Origin: Syncephalis fuscata S228
Taxonomy: Eukaryota > Fungi > Zoopagomycota
DNA: 64,000 bases
Reading direction: 5' to 3'
NCBI GenBank assembly: GCA_025786725.1
Contig: JAHLTZ010000012.1
Coordinates: 434,001 to 498,000 of the forward strand
The notes under the pieces are model-generated. The model had not been told where the DNA came from. It did not search any database and was given only the letters and a program-made list of their open reading frames with translations. Of the stretch, positions 1 to 17,520 are shown in pieces; positions within the stretch are counted from its first letter, which is position 1; each line of letters opens with the position of its first letter. The translations under genes were made by a program, and so were the position numbers.

Positions 1-933
<933 letters not shown>

Positions 934-1113
934 AGTCAAGGGGTCGATAAAGAACACGTGTATTGTATTGCTATAAGTATTGTTAGTAGGCAATGAAACG
1001 CAAGCTTGTACTAGATGTACGATGGAGAGAAAGCAAGTGAATACAAGCAGTGAAACCTTCAAACACTTCTTTATTTTCTTTTCAGTCACAATCTACATCG
1101 AATCTTTGGCAAG

Positions 1114-1634
1114 AATGGCGACTGACGTAAACAACCTTAAGGATGAGGCCAACGACGGCAACAACACAGAAGATCCCGTCACAGTGAAGCTAATTAGCGC
1201 TGAGGCAAGGTGTTTACTGTGAATCGTGATGCAGCTATGTGCTCTGGCACTATTAAGAATATGCTTTCTGGCGAAGGTAAGGTTAACTAGGCACTAATCA
1301 ATACTTTATTCAGCTAACACTTGAGTCGTAGCTTGTTTCATGGAAAGCACCAATAATGAAATTAATTTCCTGAGATTAAGTATGTTTATTAGCTCATTGG
1401 CTAAAGTGGTCACTAATCGCTAAGAAAATAGAACCGAGATTTTACAGCAAGTTTGTGAGTATTTGGAGTTCAAACACAAATATCGAGATCATACGGAGAA
1501 CATTCCTGAATTTCATATCGACCTCGAAGATGCATTGGAACTCCTGATAGCTGCAGACTATTTGGATAGTAAGTAGTGATTGATTAAGCAACGGAACCAG
1601 GTCCTGCATATGCTAACAACGCTTATTAGTGTAA
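1114..1634 (+). CDS. ELC1: Elongin C (SKP1/BTB fold), multi-exon, apparent 1-bp deletion near 1205
   Basis: VKLISAE(G)KVFTVNRDAAMCSGTIKNMLSG ... ILQQVCEYLEFKHKYRDHTENIPEFHIDLEDALELLIAADYLD. Confidence 0.88.
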
Positions 1635-1855
1635 TTGAATCTATTTGTTCGATACAGGGAGCCAATAAAATGTTATTGAAACTGATTTTTAATTATTTGT
1701 TTTTACTAAGCAATGCATGATGACATTACACTATGTAATTAATCCCTTAAAATATGACAATAACATAGTGGTAGTTATGGTAATACCCAATTAATTTGTT
1801 GACGTTTTAATCGTACTGCATATGAATTGACTAGCGCCTATTAAGGGGATTTGGC

Positions 1856-1863
1856 TATAAATA
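1856..1863 (+). promoter_or_regulatory. Putative TATA box of the Gly/Tyr-rich secreted protein gene
   Basis: TATAAATA about 110 bp upstream of ATG 1966. Confidence 0.5.
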
Positions 1864-1965
1864 CGCGAGGAATTAGCGCTCAATCTAGTCAACAGCATCC
1901 ACCAGTAGTAATCTGTAATCTGTTACATCTTCGTTTAGCTCGTTTAAATTTTTTGCTTATTCAAG

Positions 1966-2406
1966 ATGATGTACGCTAAACTTCTCGCTGTGCTTGCACT
2001 TGCCATCCCAACCTTGGCAGTCAGCATCGAACGTCGTGGCTACGAGTACGATGGCGGCTACGATGGCTATGGCAAAGATGCCTATGGCTATGGCTATGGC
2101 AAAGATAACTATGGCGGATATGGCGGTTACGGCAGGGACGAATACGGTCGCGGTCACGACGGTCACGGTCACGACGGTCACGGTCACGAATTTGATAGCT
2201 ATGGCAAGGATGGCTACGGCCGTGGTTATGGCTACGACAGCTATGGCAAGGATGGCTACGGTCGCGGCTACGGCTACGGCTATGACAACTACGGCAAGGA
2301 TGGCTATGGCCATGACGGTTACGGTCATGATGGCTATGGCAAGGATGGCTATGGCCGTCGCCCATATGCTGACAAGACCAGCGAAGTCCAAACAGAGGAA
2401 GCTTAG
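1966..2406 (+). CDS. Secreted Gly/Tyr/Asp-rich repeat protein (YGKDGYG repeats), single exon
   Basis: Signal peptide MMYAKLLAVLALAIPTLA, RR dibasic site, then repeated YGKD(G/A/N)YG and GHDGH units; GC-rich codon usage. Confidence 0.85.
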   Translation: MMYAKLLAVLALAIPTLAVSIERRGYEYDGGYDGYGKDAYGYGYGKDNYGGYGGYGRDEYGRGHDGHGHDGHGHEFDSYGKDGYGRGYGYDSYGKDGYGRGYGYGYDNYGKDGYGHDGYGHDGYGKDGYGRRPYADKTSEVQTEEA

Positions 2407-2664
2407 ACGTTTGTTTCCGTTACATACAATAAACCTAGCGTTGTCTAGCAGTTTATCATAAATACATACGAGTATCATTCAAATTGTGCATTTATAATTG
2501 GTTTATTCACTTTATTAGCCTTTTAGCTTTAATGAATAAGCTATAGAAATACTGGCATGTTCAATAACTGTACAAATGCAATTAAACACACATATTGTTT
2601 ATGGTCCATGAATGGTACCTTTTTCCAGTGCATCAGTTATACGACAGACTAATTTATAGTTTCA

Positions 2665-3507
2665 TTAGCTACGTAGTTCGTATTGTAAACATAATTTCTT
2701 ACTTTTAGTATTAATACCATCCAAATCTTTTGCTATATCTGGTGTTAACAAACTATCTTCTATTTGTCTAGCCAATAGCTCTTTTAATTGTTTATGCATC
2801 GACTAATCAATTTGATTAGCAGGTTAATCACCAATATCAGATACAATCCACCTTGTAGTAGCTATGCTTGGCCTTGATTAAAAACAGCTCTCCTTGCATC
2901 TTCTCTACTTCATCGCGAACTATGGCATATTCCCTGCAATCGATTATTGATTACATCATAGACATATTCAATAATACTTACCCTTAGATTCCCCTTCTAT
3001 TTCTATCCCCTTAACACTGTTGTAATTATCGGGCCACTTTTCAGGATAGCTTGATATTGATCTAAATGCATCTATTAGATGACGCAGCCGTACACCTGCA
3101 TATTTACCGAATACTGTCCACCTCTATCTTTTCTGGTACTAAAATTGTATCTGGTATTTGAACTGGCCGTTGTTGCCACGCTATTGCTAATCGTTCTGCC
3201 AACGCATGCATCGATCGTTGATTAAATAGCTGACTATTTTGCTGTTGAATCTCTACATTGACTAGTACAGCTGTTATGAGCTATCACCAGTATGCTAGAT
3301 TCACTTACGTTTGTCAAGTGCCTGTCTTATTACTTCCTTCGGAATTGCTTCGCGCCTCCTTAGATTGTATCGCGGCTGTGGTTGAGAATCAGCCGCTGCA
3401 TCGAGGGATTTGGGATTGAATTGTTGTTCAATTAGTTCATGTTGCTGTTTAATAAACGCCAGCATATGTTGGTGATAGTCACTGTATCCGCCCGCTTTGG
3501 CCGTCAT
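2665..3507 (-). CDS. Probable kinetochore Fta4/Nkp1-like protein, multi-exon
   Basis: Motif order AFIKQQHELIEQQF, IPKEVIRQALDK, QQQNSQLFNQRSMHALAERL, ISSYPEKWP, EYAIVRDEV, IEDSLLTPDIAKDL resembles the Fta4 family as I recall it; GT-AG introns present. Confidence 0.55.
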
Positions 3508-3614
3508 GTTGTGTAGCAAAAATAAAAAGCTTTTAAAGAACAGCGACGTCTCAGTGTTCTATAATTAACTGCTATTTCTTTCCGCTTTTTAAAGTTATAT
3601 TAAATATTGAACAA

Positions 3615-4595
3615 ATGACAAAAATGCAAACACTACGTATAGCTCTACTCATAGCTGATACGCCTTTGCCTGAAATTGTCGCAAAGTATGGCGACTACAA
3701 CATACTCTATACCAACTTGTTGAAGCGTGCTCTCATTCAAGAAGGTTTAGAGCAACAGGTTCAGCTTGACATTACGGCCTTTGACGTTGTCAAGACTATG
3801 GCGTATCCAGAGCAGCCAGAAACATTTGATGCTTTGTTGATATCCGGTTCGGGTAAGCTGTTGCTTGATAGAATCTTAGCTGCTTATAGACGACCTTTGT
3901 AGCGGCTACGGCGGCTGATGATTTACCTTGGATTACACGCCTGGTGGAATTCACTCGCGAATTACCGTCAATTGCCCCCAACAGCCGTCTTGTTGGCATT
4001 TGTTTCGGGCATCAAATTATTGCTAGAGCGTTTGGTGGCCAGTTGGAACGTAACAGTCTTGGTTGGGAGGTAAAGCATAATAGTTATATTTATGATAATG
4101 CTACTTAATACATGAATGCCAATAGTTTGGATGGTCGGCCATCGACTTGAACGAAGCAGGACAGGCATTCTTCAATACTGATAAAGCCCAGGTGGTAAGT
4201 AGATGAACTGCAATTTATTAGTAACTAACGCACTATGTATGTATAGCGTCTGCAACAAGTTCATAAAGTATGTCATGGTTGTTGTATGATCTAGTTTTAT
4301 TATAATTAACTGGGTAATTTAGGATCATGTTGCTGCATTGCCTCCTCAGTTTGAGCTATTGGGCACTACGAGTATAAGTTCGTCACAAATTATGTGGAAA
4401 CCACATCAGATATTTTCTGTGCAGGCACATCCGGAATTTTCAACAACTCTTGTCAAAGACTTACTTGAGATTCGTCACCAACGTGGTATCATTGATAATG
4501 CAACTGCGGAAAGAGGTCTTTCTAAAGTAGGTCTTGAGGATGATGGCGACTGGATTGGTGGCAAAATACTCAAATTTATGCTACACAAGCTTTAA
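3615..4595 (+). CDS. Class I glutamine amidotransferase-like protein (YLR126C-type), multi-exon
   Basis: LVGICFGHQIIARAFGG (catalytic Cys) and SVQAHPEF (His-x-Glu). Confidence 0.92.
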
Positions 4596-5519
4596 AGCCA
4601 TCGTTAGTTGCGAGATTATACAGCATATGCCACTACCTTAGCATGCTATATTGTTGCATTCATATCTCACTCAATGATAATAAAAACACGATATTAGGTG
4701 TATTTTACTATTTTTATTAATTGGTCCATAATGATCAATTAATTTTATAGTTGTAAAAAATAATTGTTAGCCAACAAAAATGTTATCGGGTCAAATTAAT
4801 TGCTATTAATTCAAGATAATAATTGGTATAATTGAAGTAAAATAAAAGATTTATTGTCATTTAAATGCCAAAGGCTTTTTGTAGTTAACACCAATGCTAT
4901 TTGTCAAGCGTCATAATTGTTAATATCATGTTTATACCGATACAAGTAAAACATGCTTTAATAAACTCTTGCTTAAAGACAGCAAAAAGCTACAGCTGTA
5001 AAAACAATCAAAGTCAATATTGATTTTCAAGCTTTATAGTAATGTATTATAGATAAGTTGCCTTAATAAATTGTATAATAATTGGTAGTTATTCGGTTAC
5101 ATTTTAATAACAAATCAGTTGGTGTACATGGGTTATCTAAAGCAAAAATTAGGATTAAACTATTTGGTACAGCTGCCGACAACGGCCATTCAATTTATTA
5201 TAAAGACTAAAAATAACGCAATGAGTGTTGCATTTATTTAATTCGCTTCCATGTTAGTTGGATAGTAATAACAGCATATTACAAATGTAAAATGCAAAAG
5301 TGCATCTTTTTAAATGTCACAGTAGTTATAAAAATATACTAACTTGTAATGAATAAAATGGATAATATAACATGTCTAAATCCATTATTTTGATAGTTTA
5401 CACAGTTTAAAACACTCTAATTACTCAATATGTAATAATCTAGTTGGTTTGAATACTTAATACATGTACTATTCAAATGATTTGCATTAAATGTTTGCAA
5501 ATAAATACTTTATAACATA

Positions 5520-7563
5520 AATGCTTCGTATGATCCACCTCTCGCGCTAATTTGACCAATAATGACATTTGATACTAGATATCGTGAAGGCTCGGAATGC
5601 ACGTATTCACTTGGGGCTGGTGGTGTGTTTCGATAGCGCCTGTAGGCATATTTCTTGCATTATTAGCAAACCGATTGTTAGCGAGACAAAGCGGTGGTTT
5701 GTAGGTACAGCCCGTGCGCAATCAACAAACCAGCTTTCTTTGTGTCATTACTAAACATCAGCATAAAGATCCAAGAAAGGGAGTTGGTACCAAGTCGATT
5801 GGATAAGTGACTGAACGCAATAGATTGCCATTGCAAGCATCCAGTACATCAAATGTCTTGTCGTTCTGAACAACAACAGCTTTTCTCTGTATAGCCCTTT
5901 AATTTGAAAGTGGCTTATAGGCCGGCTCCATATTACATGTCCTTGGTCACAACCGTCGATTGGAGTAATTGGCCGTCATCTCTGGCGTCGAATATTGATT
6001 GTGGCGAAGCAGTTGGCGAAAACTTACCTAATGCAAATAACGATAATGAAGCGTCAAATGCTTCACCGGGAATGCGACTGCGATAGCCTTTCCCATCCCA
6101 TGCAATGATTAAACACATTTTTTCCGTATACATCTTGGTACTAGTTACAGTGTTCGGACAGTATGGAATGGCAATTTGACCTGATAGTATTTTTTTACAT
6201 TGAGATCGGCCCTTTCGCGCATCAAATATATCCCATTGGAGACACATTGTTTGAATTTCATCACCAGTAGTTTGTAAGCCTTGAGTAGCATCAGATGCGG
6301 AGGTTTTGATGTCTTGTACAGATTTATGTGTTTTTCTCAGTGTTATAAATTGACATTGGTCGCGAGAAGTAAACTGGATACAGGGAAAGGAATGGTGCTT
6401 GCTTAATCTTGGGCCTTTTACCCATTGGCTCTTATCTAAATGAACTAAACCAGCCTCAAAACGCGGATTGTCTCCCCATGCAGTTCGGTAAAACATCCAA
6501 TTATTGTGAATGGATATTGGGCAAGGTAGCCCGTTTGAGTCGTTGTCTTTATGTGTATTTTCAAGATAAAGAATAGCGGGAGATGAATCCCCGTCGATAC
6601 GCCATACTACAAGAGCCTTTCGCAAAATAATAAATCGCTTCTTTAAATATTCTGTGGCCGAATACTTGTAGTGTTTATCTGAACTATTAGATATGTTAAA
6701 TTTAAGGTCTTTAATATACCGTGCCTCCATTTCAGTTAAACGAACTATTATTAATAAAATTAGTAAATTTCAACACAGTTACTAGCGTTTGTAATTATTA
6801 GTTACCTATTGGATCGCCAATACAGACAGCCTTCACGTCGTTATATGTAGGCAAGAAAACCTGAGCCACAACATATTGATGTGTTCCATAGATAACATCG
6901 ATTCGGTGATTACCCTCAAATAAAGCTGAAGATGAAATCGTTAATTCCTTCCAAGCTAATCCTTCGTTGCTTTGCTCATTTTGTTTACTAAAAACACCAT
7001 GTCGAATTACCCACATGCTCATTTCTCGCCTGTTTTTCATCAATGCATTCCATGGATTTACACTGATCAGCTTAAGTTGCGTGCATCTGTTAAGTGGTAA
7101 TTCGCACTTTCGCTTTTTAAACTGACCAGCCATAAAATTACGATCAGTTTGGCGGCGACGTTGATATGCATAAAACCATTGTGCAGCGTCAAAATCAAAA
7201 ATGGCCGATATACAATATCAGGTAGTGTGCATTCATAATCTTTGATGTCGTTGGTTGTAATGGTAGGTGATAATGAGCGCTTTCGCTTTTTCTTATTACA
7301 TCTAATGTAGATTCACTCGATTTTGCTATAGCATTGGTATGCCAGATATACCATGTAAGCCATTCTTGTTCTTTCTGATCGCCTAGTGAAAATGCTTGTC
7401 TATATTGTCGTTCCCAATAACCAAATCGCTCAACTATACTCTGATAGATAAATCGACAGCTGGTGGCAAAGAGTACCAGTTCCTGACCTTCCATGAAACG
7501 ACACAAATACAGTATAACATCATAGTTTTGCCATATGCGTTGACTATCAATATTCAAAGGCAT
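5520..7563 (-). pseudogene. F-box-like lineage-specific protein, disrupted; 3' end approximate
   Basis: N-terminal DVILYLCRFMEGQELVLFATSCRFIYQSI..YWERQYRQAF is F-box-like; ORF pieces 7195-7563, 6798-7133, 5933-6730; in-frame TAA at 5933 followed by more coding-like sequence with further stops. Confidence 0.55.
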
Positions 7564-8535
7564 GTTTGAATAGAAATGGCAGCGTTAAATTAATACGTGA
7601 TAAACAAAATGAATTATAATAGACGTGAATAGAAAGAAAAGGCCATTCACAACTTTGGGATGTTCTGTTATATTTGCAATGTACAATGGTTACACGGCTT
7701 TTATGTTTGTCTGTAACTTTCCTATTTAGAATTACAATAGCGGCATTATGTATTAACCTATAATTGAAACGAGAATGATGATATAAACATTATATTGTTT
7801 ATAAGTATCACAATATATGGTAAAATAACTTTTTTATGATAAAAACATATGTTTAATTTACAAAAAGCTTTGAAAGCAATAATTTACAACTATATTTTCA
7901 GTGTCAATAGTGAATAAAACAATATAGTATAAAATGGCGTGTATAATATTTATATTAATTATATTTACCACGATGTATATGCTACATACTAACAAATAAT
8001 ATGAGTATAGAATGTTAATAATTCTGATGAATAAAAATTCACGCATGTTAGATAATAAATCTATAATAAAGTGCTTATAAAAATAAATATAAAATAACTC
8101 TTTAATGCTTCTATCGGATTTATTTAAACTGACAAGCGTTTAAAAGTTATACTTGTAACAAGTATAAAATTAAAACATTGGACAATACCACAACTATCAA
8201 ATCAAAATGTAAATCGTATGCTGCACTCGAATGCAAAGCTTACAATATAATATGACATTGCAGTATGACGGCTATAGAATACATACATCGTATTTCTACT
8301 TATAAATTAAAGCATTCTAATAAATGTTTTATTGAATTCACAAAATAAAACTAGACATTTATTTCCTTTTAGTGCGATTGATTATAATTCCTTTACATTT
8401 CTAATTACAATTGATTATTATTTTATTATAATTAGTAACGTGATTTTTTAAAAATTGACCATAAAAATAGCTCATTTCTCTTTTTCTCGTTTCACAGTCA
8501 AGTTACATCGAATAGTGTTATAGTAATCAGACATT

Positions 8536-11768
<3,233 letters not shown>

Positions 11769-13659
11769 CATTATTTGATTGTTCGTGTATTTAGTCAATA
11801 AATATTTCACGATTTGCGCAATGTGTACACATTTGACTAACGGAAATAAACATTTCGCCGAAGCACGAACCAATAGAGGACCCTGGAATAAAGAGTCCTT
11901 TGTTTCGCGGGGATGCAGCTTATTTCTGGAGTTGACTGCGGCACTTGCAAAAAAGAATGTATATCCATATGCATGCTTGACAGCATTGTCATGTCTTGAA
12001 GGCAGTGTTACACATAAAACATATATTCACAATCAATTTACAAGTGTTTTTTGTTCCAGTCAATAGCACACTTGTTGTCTAGCCCAGAACAAAAACAACA
12101 GCAATAACAGGTTATCATTGTTGACATTTTCCAGGAATAGATTATATTTGTCTGAAATGCAAAGTTGAAACGTTACCATTATGTTTAATTGTACATGCAA
12201 CTAGAAAGGAAAAACAAGATAGAACGTGCGCAGGTGATCATGTGTATGTATAGAGTGTTTATATGATCTAAACACCGAATTGTAAAAATAAATACGTATA
12301 AACAAAGCCTTTATGTTCGTTGTTAGTAATATTGCTATAAGTATAGTTATTTTAAGCACTTTTAAAAAGCAAATAGCTTTTAAAGCCCATTTAACCTTAC
12401 ACTAATTGTCCTATTTACTCACTTCATCGCATTGCGCCATTTTGCATAAAGCATTTCTCTATTCAAAAAAGGCTACATCCAGCATATTGTTTTCTAGGTT
12501 CATGCTCTGTATTCCTTTTGCATTCCTTCTTTTTATCTTTTTATTGCGCAGCCAACTTGACTTGCATCAATAATCTTAGTGCCTATTTATTGGCATAGCC
12601 TTGCTACTTATCCCATTCAATTCTATAAACATACGCCCTATTTGTCGCTACCGTTTATTTTACTACCTTAACAAGTCTTTTTTTCATTTTCCATTCTACG
12701 CTCCATTAGTTAGAACGGAGTCAAATACTGTGGTTTAAATTCGTAAGTAAACAACGATTGGATACAATTTCTACGCAACATCTCCGTTTCCAAAAATATA
12801 TTTGCTGGTGTTTCTTTTATTAGCTTTATTTGTTTTGTATATTGCCTTGGCTTTTATGGCAATGGTATGTTATATTACCATTGCTTTCTGTCTCCGATCT
12901 ACGTTTTTAGTATGACGGAGCCGTTGCAAAAATATATTATTGACTAAAGCAGCGATATTATACGAGTTATCCCGCATCTCTACTACTAACGACCCCTTAA
13001 TACAAGGGCCGACTTTGCATTCCGCATTTGTAGTGCGTGAATGAATTGCCTGATTAAGCAGTAATTAATCAACTAATTTATTTAGTTACCTATTTTGGAA
13101 TGTTTTGAGATTATTCATTTATATGCTGCTTTATTCTTTATGTCTCAGTTTGTATCATGGATGTTTAGAAAATAGTAATGTTGTCGGAGCTGAAGTGTGC
13201 CATGTGTATCTCAGGAGTTTTTAATACTCAGCTTCAAACTGCGCAAGCGCTTAGTGAAAGTCTAGTCTGTGACGATGCAAAATGCTATATATTGTCGCCG
13301 CTTTTTTTACGTTCTTTCAACTCAACAAGCTCGTTCTTCTCGCTCTCTTTTCTCTAGTTTGCGTTTATATCTACAATTCTTTGTTTTTCTAAAAGCTCGA
13401 TTTACTCTGGCAGTAGCGTTGCTTACACTGATTTAGATTTTTATATTTCTATTTCATTTTCTCTCTTCTTAAACCATTAACGCTGCGTTATCAGCACGTG
13501 CCTATCGTATCGCTTTATCCACTATCTTTACATCAACAATTCATTTATTGGATTTGAGACCATTATTGTTAACGAATTTTTCTAGTGTGCTACAGCAATA
13601 TCTACGTGATTATTGCTCTCACTCGTCATTCTACTTGACTCACATTTTATTGCCAACCA

Positions 13660-15007
13660 GTAAGTATTTGTTTGTTACCATGGTTTGTTTGTATTTTGTC
13701 TTTGTTTGCTTTTTATTATCCTGCAAAATCATTGCTCGCTCTTTGGTTTAAAGTTTGTTTATGCATTTCATCGATCACTATCCTGTCGTTGTGTCTTTCT
13801 CTGTTTGGGGAAGGGATTTTTTTTGTGGAGGGAGGCGGTGCACTCCAACATTGTTTCAAAACAACCAAACTGTTCGTTTTTCTTGTAGCGTTTTAAACGG
13901 CACTCTAAACACTGTGTGCCGACAAGCTAGCATGCGTAATGTAAAGGGGGTGAACGGCTGCTATCCATACCTGTTCAGTCGATCAGTACTAAAATGATAA
14001 GCATGTCGTAATTCTATTGTTTGCATTTAAGATCACATGTTATCGATAGCAAACACGATTCGGCTATCGCAACTCTTCTTTGCGTATTTTAGTATGCATT
14101 GATCAATTAGGCAATGGCCAACATGGGTATCATTACTTTTTTGCGCTTAAACATCGATATGATATTTTATTGTCAAAATATAACTTGAATTTCATACAAA
14201 TGATGTGGGGATGAAGATTATATTGCCGTATATGGTTTGTGAATGTGCCTTTGTTAACACATGCAGTCATATCATTCGAGTAGTACACTCGGATAACGGC
14301 ACATCGCTGTTTGATAAAGAAAGCCTCGTGAAAGTTTGATCAGTTTTGTGTTTTTTCTACAGCACATGGATGATTGCAGTATAGACAATTTGGTATTCGT
14401 TTCATTTCGGATAGTCATGATACTGTGTGCCACCTGCCCTTAAGACAAACTTTTACTAGGTGCGTATTTTCAAACATGTGGCATGAGCCGTGCTCTCACT
14501 CTTTGGAAATTCCTTTTTCAAAGTGTAGAATTACCCATCCATCAATGTATCATGTGCGTGACTTGGGTGCCATTCTTGGTAATTAGCTGGTTAAATTACC
14601 ATGTCAGTATGCTCGGTGTTTGAATGCGCGCTATCATAGTATTTTATTTATTGGGCATAAGCCACGAGAGATGGAAACTTTGATAGCCATCCGATATGTA
14701 CACCAACATGTACAAATCATGCTGCAATGTCTTTTTCGGAATAATACTGCAGCAGGACTGGCTTATCAAGCATAAAATCCGTGCGCTTTCTTGTATCGCC
14801 TTAGTATAGCTCTGCCTTTATTGTTATTTATATGGAAAAGTGGCATAGCGGTACTTACCACTGAAGTTCGGCAACACTTGCTTTAATATCGGGTTTGTGT
14901 AGCAACTTTGACGACATCCAACTTACATTCCGTACACATTTGTCCGCCCCTCTTTATAACCTTGACTATTTTACGTAGACTTTTACTAACGTTTTATATT
15001 TATTTAG
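13660..15007 (+). other. Putative 1.35-kb 5'-UTR intron of the homeobox gene
   Basis: GTAAGT at 13660; TACTAAC branch point at 14984-14990; T-rich tract and TAG at 15007, 93 bp before ATG 15101. Pairing with this donor is inferred. Confidence 0.55.
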
Positions 15008-15100
15008 GCTTTAAAGCTTATTATCTGTTGCCAACTTTGCCATTCTATTGATTTATCCTGCTTTTACAGCGCTATCGCCACCACTTGCGTTTATACTACA

Positions 15101-16958
15101 ATGATGAACTCTGCACACGCTCAAGCGACTCTTCCGCCCATCTCAGCCGTTTTGAACGGATTGCAAGGACTGCTAATGGTGCAGCAGCCCATCTAAGCAT
15201 CAAACGCTTACTGCACCAACTGCCTACCATTATTCATCTTCGCAGTTACCACCGGTTAAGCCGCCCACCAATCCCATGCCACGTTATGAACAACAACAAC
15301 AACGTCAACAACAGCAAATGCATATGCATGCACCTCAAGGTTCACGCCTAGTCTCCATGGCTGCGGCAAGACCCGTCTTACCGCCAACCGGTCACTTTCA
15401 AGGTTATACTACACCATTTTCGACCAGTGTTACGACCACACCATTGAATGGTGATCATCCAGCGGTAGCCGAACTCCAAGGCCGTCCCAAAAGACGTCGT
15501 GCCAATAATAACCAGCTTGGCGAACTAGAGCTCGTTTTCCAACGTACGTTCTATCCCAGCACGGCTGAACGTCTGGAACTTGCTCACAAGCTTGGTATGA
15601 CCCCAAGACGTGTACAGATTTGGTTCCAGAACCAACGTCAAAAGATTGCCAGAGTTGAAGGTGGCGAGCCAGACACCGCCAAATCTGATGATGATGTTTC
15701 AGTTAAGAACACAGCAAACCGTACTGGTGTCCAAGTGCCAACGACACCCACCTCCGAATCACACGACGACAATGATGGCGCCGACGAGGATATGTCGGAT
15801 GAAGGTATTGGCTCTGACTCTTCGATGTCCATTACATTCAATCAAGCTGATGAACCAAGCCGTGCTCACACTTGGAAGCCAGTGTAGCCATTAACTCGGT
15901 TGCATCGCTGCTTTCTAATCCTTCCTCCGCAGCCAACGACGCCGACTCTGAGTCCGACTCCGACTCCGAGCACTTTTACCAAACAAATGCTGGCCTACCA
16001 ATGAAGCGTGAACACTTGCGCCGTAAAGGCAAAAAGCCCGTGGTAGTCTATCGTCCTATCGTGCGTTTCCCCAAGGTGACAACAACTTTACCTACGTTGT
16101 CAGCCGTTAGACAACATCCATATGCAATGCCATCGCCTTACCGGTCATTCGCTCGTTCTCCTATGCTGCCTTCACCACACATGGCTTCGCCTTACTCACG
16201 TCCATCTCCATTATTGACGCCACCGCTAAGCGCATCGCCTTCTAAAGGCTATAGCCCATTGAATATGGCTAATGTTGCAGCGGCTGCGTCGGCTTCGGCA
16301 CCAGTAACGGTCGTTATGAGTAGCGGCTGTGGCTCACCAGCTACTCACCATCAGCACTCCAACAGACTTTGCCTAATACAGCCGGTAGTCCCATCTATCG
16401 CCAGCATCAACAACACCAGCAGCAAAAACAACAGCATTCATGGCACTCTACCGCATCGGCCAATGCTGCCTATCGAATCCGATCCCACTCGTCACCGCTT
16501 GAGATGAATGACTACCGTCACGAGTAGTAGTAAACAGCCATCCTTCAAATAGCCAGGGTCGTTTCACTACTTCCCCAGCTCATGCTACGTACACTTATCC
16601 ACAAGCGACTGCCATGAAGTTACAATCACAAGTGGGATCGCCCTTTTCATCACCTCAAATGCCATCGCCAATGCTACGTAGATCACCTCTTGCCATGACA
16701 CCACCACGGTCATACTCGCCTGCTCAAGGCACGCCAATAGCAGCACATCTCCCTCAGCAATCGTATTTAACTGGCGGAGACCGTACATCCTATGTCCATG
16801 CAAAGACTGCCCCCCGTCCCATGCTTACATTGCAGCATGGCCAACGTTCGCCAGCTGTGCAAGATAGACATAACATTTCACCGATCCGTTTGCCAAAGCC
16901 ATTGGCCCGTCCTTTCACTGCTTCTATGCAAACCTTTCCCGGCTCTGTATGGCATTAA
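15101..16958 (+). CDS. Homeobox transcription factor with long Ser/Pro-rich C-terminus; several apparent frameshifts
   Basis: RPKRRRANNNQLGELELVFQRTFYPSTAERLELAHKLGMTPRRVQIWFQNQRQK homeodomain; coding-like sequence continues across frames 15276-15887, 15872-16507 and 16614-16958. Confidence 0.88.
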
Positions 16959-17520
16959 ATGTCTACAGCCTATCGATTGTCCAGTTGTTTTTTCTTTGCT
17001 TTATTAGTTTCTGTTTGTCTACAAACACCTCTTTCACTCTCCTTTCTTTCACTTCCTTTCTGGGGTCCAATTGCTACATAGTTTTTGTTTTTTCTTAACG
17101 AGTATCAGCTTTCGTTACTCTTTTACCATTGTTTTGTTTAATTAGCGCAGACTTTCTGCCTATCTGCAATTCGCAAATACAAGACCATCTTGTTCACTTT
17201 AGGTCTTTTGATGTTTTCTATAAAACACTCTTTATATACTAAACCAACTACTTTAGAGTAACAATAAATCATTAGATGTGCACAGTAAACTGATAGTTTA
17301 ATCATTGTTTACAAGTATAAGTACTTATTATAGCATGCTTGTAAATATTAGCCAAGTATTCATTTTAACACTTATGGAAACTATTTTACATTAAGTCTTG
17401 TATTTTCTGGAATTAAAAGATATGAGGCTCAGCCTACTTCAACCGAATTTAATGTAAGTATTATTAAATACCAATAAGCTTTGTTATAGGTCAGTCAAGG
17501 CTAATGTGATGTTGGCAATA

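Noticed and set aside
1957-2478. Overlapping ORFs 1957-2478 (-), 1994-2461 (+) and 2021-2365 (-)
   Set aside because: Shadow frames of the repetitive Gly/Tyr coding sequence.
15276-15660. Mating-type locus or Yox1 orthology for the homeodomain gene
   Set aside because: Single HD gene with no partner HD, HMG or pheromone genes nearby; orthology cannot be assigned by eye.
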